Below are positions 24,938 through 25,915 of a DNA stretch of 25,915 nucleotides, piece after piece. Position numbers and translations under genes: made by a program. The stretch comes from Acidobacteriota bacterium. Lineage in GTDB: Bacteria; Acidobacteriota; UBA4820; DSQY01. The notes under the pieces are model-generated. The model was not told the origin of the DNA. It did not search any database and saw only the letters and a list, made by a program, of their open reading frames with translations. The stretch covers positions 1 to 25,915 of the forward strand of contig JBBIMN010000001.1 of NCBI GenBank assembly GCA_037444385.1, given 5' to 3'. Each line of letters starts with the position of its first letter. Position 1 is the first letter of the stretch.

Positions 24938-25915
24938 GTGAGAAAAGCGGACGCCGTGCGCTTTGTCTTCGACGCCCTTGCCTACCATAAGGGAAGGACC
25001 GCGCTCTCCGCGTTAGGCGTCGCGATGGGCGTCTTCGCGGTGATCATGCTGACATCTCTCGGCGAGGGCACGCGCCAGTACATCGTCTCGCAATTCACGC
25101 AGTTCGGCACCAACCTCATCGGGATCAATCCTGGCAAAACCAAGACCATGGGGATCCCCGGCGTCTTCAGCGGAACTACGCACAAACTGACCGTGGACGA
25201 CGCCGAGGCGCTGCGAAGGTTGGCCGGCGTCGAGGCGGTCGTCCCGGTCTCCTTCGGACAGGCGCGTGTCAGTTACGGAAAACAGGGGCGGTCCGTCTAC
25301 ATTTACGGCGTGAACAGCGAACTTCCGCGCGTCTGGCGCTTCGAGGTCGCCCAGGGCTCATTCATCCCGGAGATGGACCCGCACCGCGGCGCCCCAGCCG
25401 CCGTCATCGGCCCTAAGCTGGCCGGGGAGATCTTCGGCAGCGAGCCGCCTTTAGGTAAACGGATCAGTATCGGTGACCGGCGGTTCCTCGTCGTCGGGAT
25501 CCTTGCCGCCAAGGGCCGGCTGCTCGGATTTGACGTGGATGACACGGCCTACATCCCAGTCGCATCGGCCTTCGAGCTTTTCAACCAGGACGAGCTCCAG
25601 GAGATTGACGTGCTGGCTTCGAAGAGCGAGGGGGTGGACGCCGTCGTGGCCAAGGTGCGGCGCCAACTTGTGGCGCGCCACGACAATGACGAGGACTTCA
25701 CGATCACGACGCAGAACGACATGCTCGTCTCGTTCGGCAAGATCATGACCATTATCACGGTGTCCGTCACGGCCATCGCCGGCATCTCGCTTTTGGTGGG
25801 CGCGATGGGAATCCTCACGATCATGTGGATCTCCGTCCACGAGAGGACGGCGGAGATCGGACTGCTGCGCGCGCTTGGCCTCACCTCCCGGACGATTAAC
25901 TTTCTCTTTCTTCTG
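24938..25915 (+). CDS. ABC permease (MacB/FtsX family), 3'-truncated by the window edge
   Basis: GTG start; RTALSALGVAMGVFAVI, FGTNLIGINPG, ISVHERTAEIGLLRALG; frame is open to the last base (absent from the ORF track because it has no stop). Confidence 0.92.
   Translation, partial: MRKADAVRFVFDALAYHKGRTALSALGVAMGVFAVIMLTSLGEGTRQYIVSQFTQFGTNLIGINPGKTKTMGIPGVFSGTTHKLTVDDAEALRRLAGVEAVVPVSFGQARVSYGKQGRSVYIYGVNSELPRVWRFEVAQGSFIPEMDPHRGAPAAVIGPKLAGEIFGSEPPLGKRISIGDRRFLVVGILAAKGRLLGFDVDDTAYIPVASAFELFNQDELQEIDVLASKSEGVDAVVAKVRRQLVARHDNDEDFTITTQNDMLVSFGKIMTIITVSVTAIAGISLLVGAMGILTIMWISVHERTAEIGLLRALGLTSRTINFLFLL

Noticed and set aside
1-25915. CRISPR array, rRNA, riboswitch, selenocysteine readthrough
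   Set aside because: By eye I saw no regularly spaced repeats, no rRNA-like segment, no long leader with a recognisable aptamer (including before the cobalamin-family amidase, whose upstream gap is only 52 nt), and no in-frame TGA at a catalytic position; Infernal/Rfam was not run.

Overview
GC-rich bacterial chromosomal window, probably from an anaerobic diderm (taxonomy cannot be fixed from the sequence alone). Left end: a partial tRNA-Cys (minus strand) diverges from rpsT, each with a near-consensus sigma70 promoter. Next come an M1 aminopeptidase with HEAT repeats, a coiled coil and a Lys/Ala tail, then a SAM methyltransferase. The core (3983-17543) is a divergent locus. Its left arm encodes an OprO/P-like porin (frameshifted), a DVU0150-like small membrane protein, a TauE/SafE (TSUP) transporter and a lipoprotein. 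Its right arm encodes a sensor-less 2-TM histidine kinase, a REC-only regulator, two tandem PEP-synthase-like proteins, a dCache kinase, a second REC-only regulator and a CbiA/CobB/DsrN-family amidase. The two PEP-synthase-like proteins keep the ATP-grasp and phospho-His domains but replace the pyruvate-binding domain with a shared uncharacterised C-terminal domain; this transporter plus phosphotransfer plus two-component module is the best candidate for an undescribed system. It is followed on the minus strand by a hybrid kinase, a DivK-like REC protein and a PAS kinase with a degenerate ATP-binding domain. An IS1380-type transposase remnant lies between the last two and is interrupted by a 41-nt nested palindrome whose removal restores the reading frame. 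The right end is a MacAB-like ABC operon with an apparently leaderless first gene; its first permease is frameshifted and its second is truncated by the window edge. No CRISPR array or rRNA was seen.
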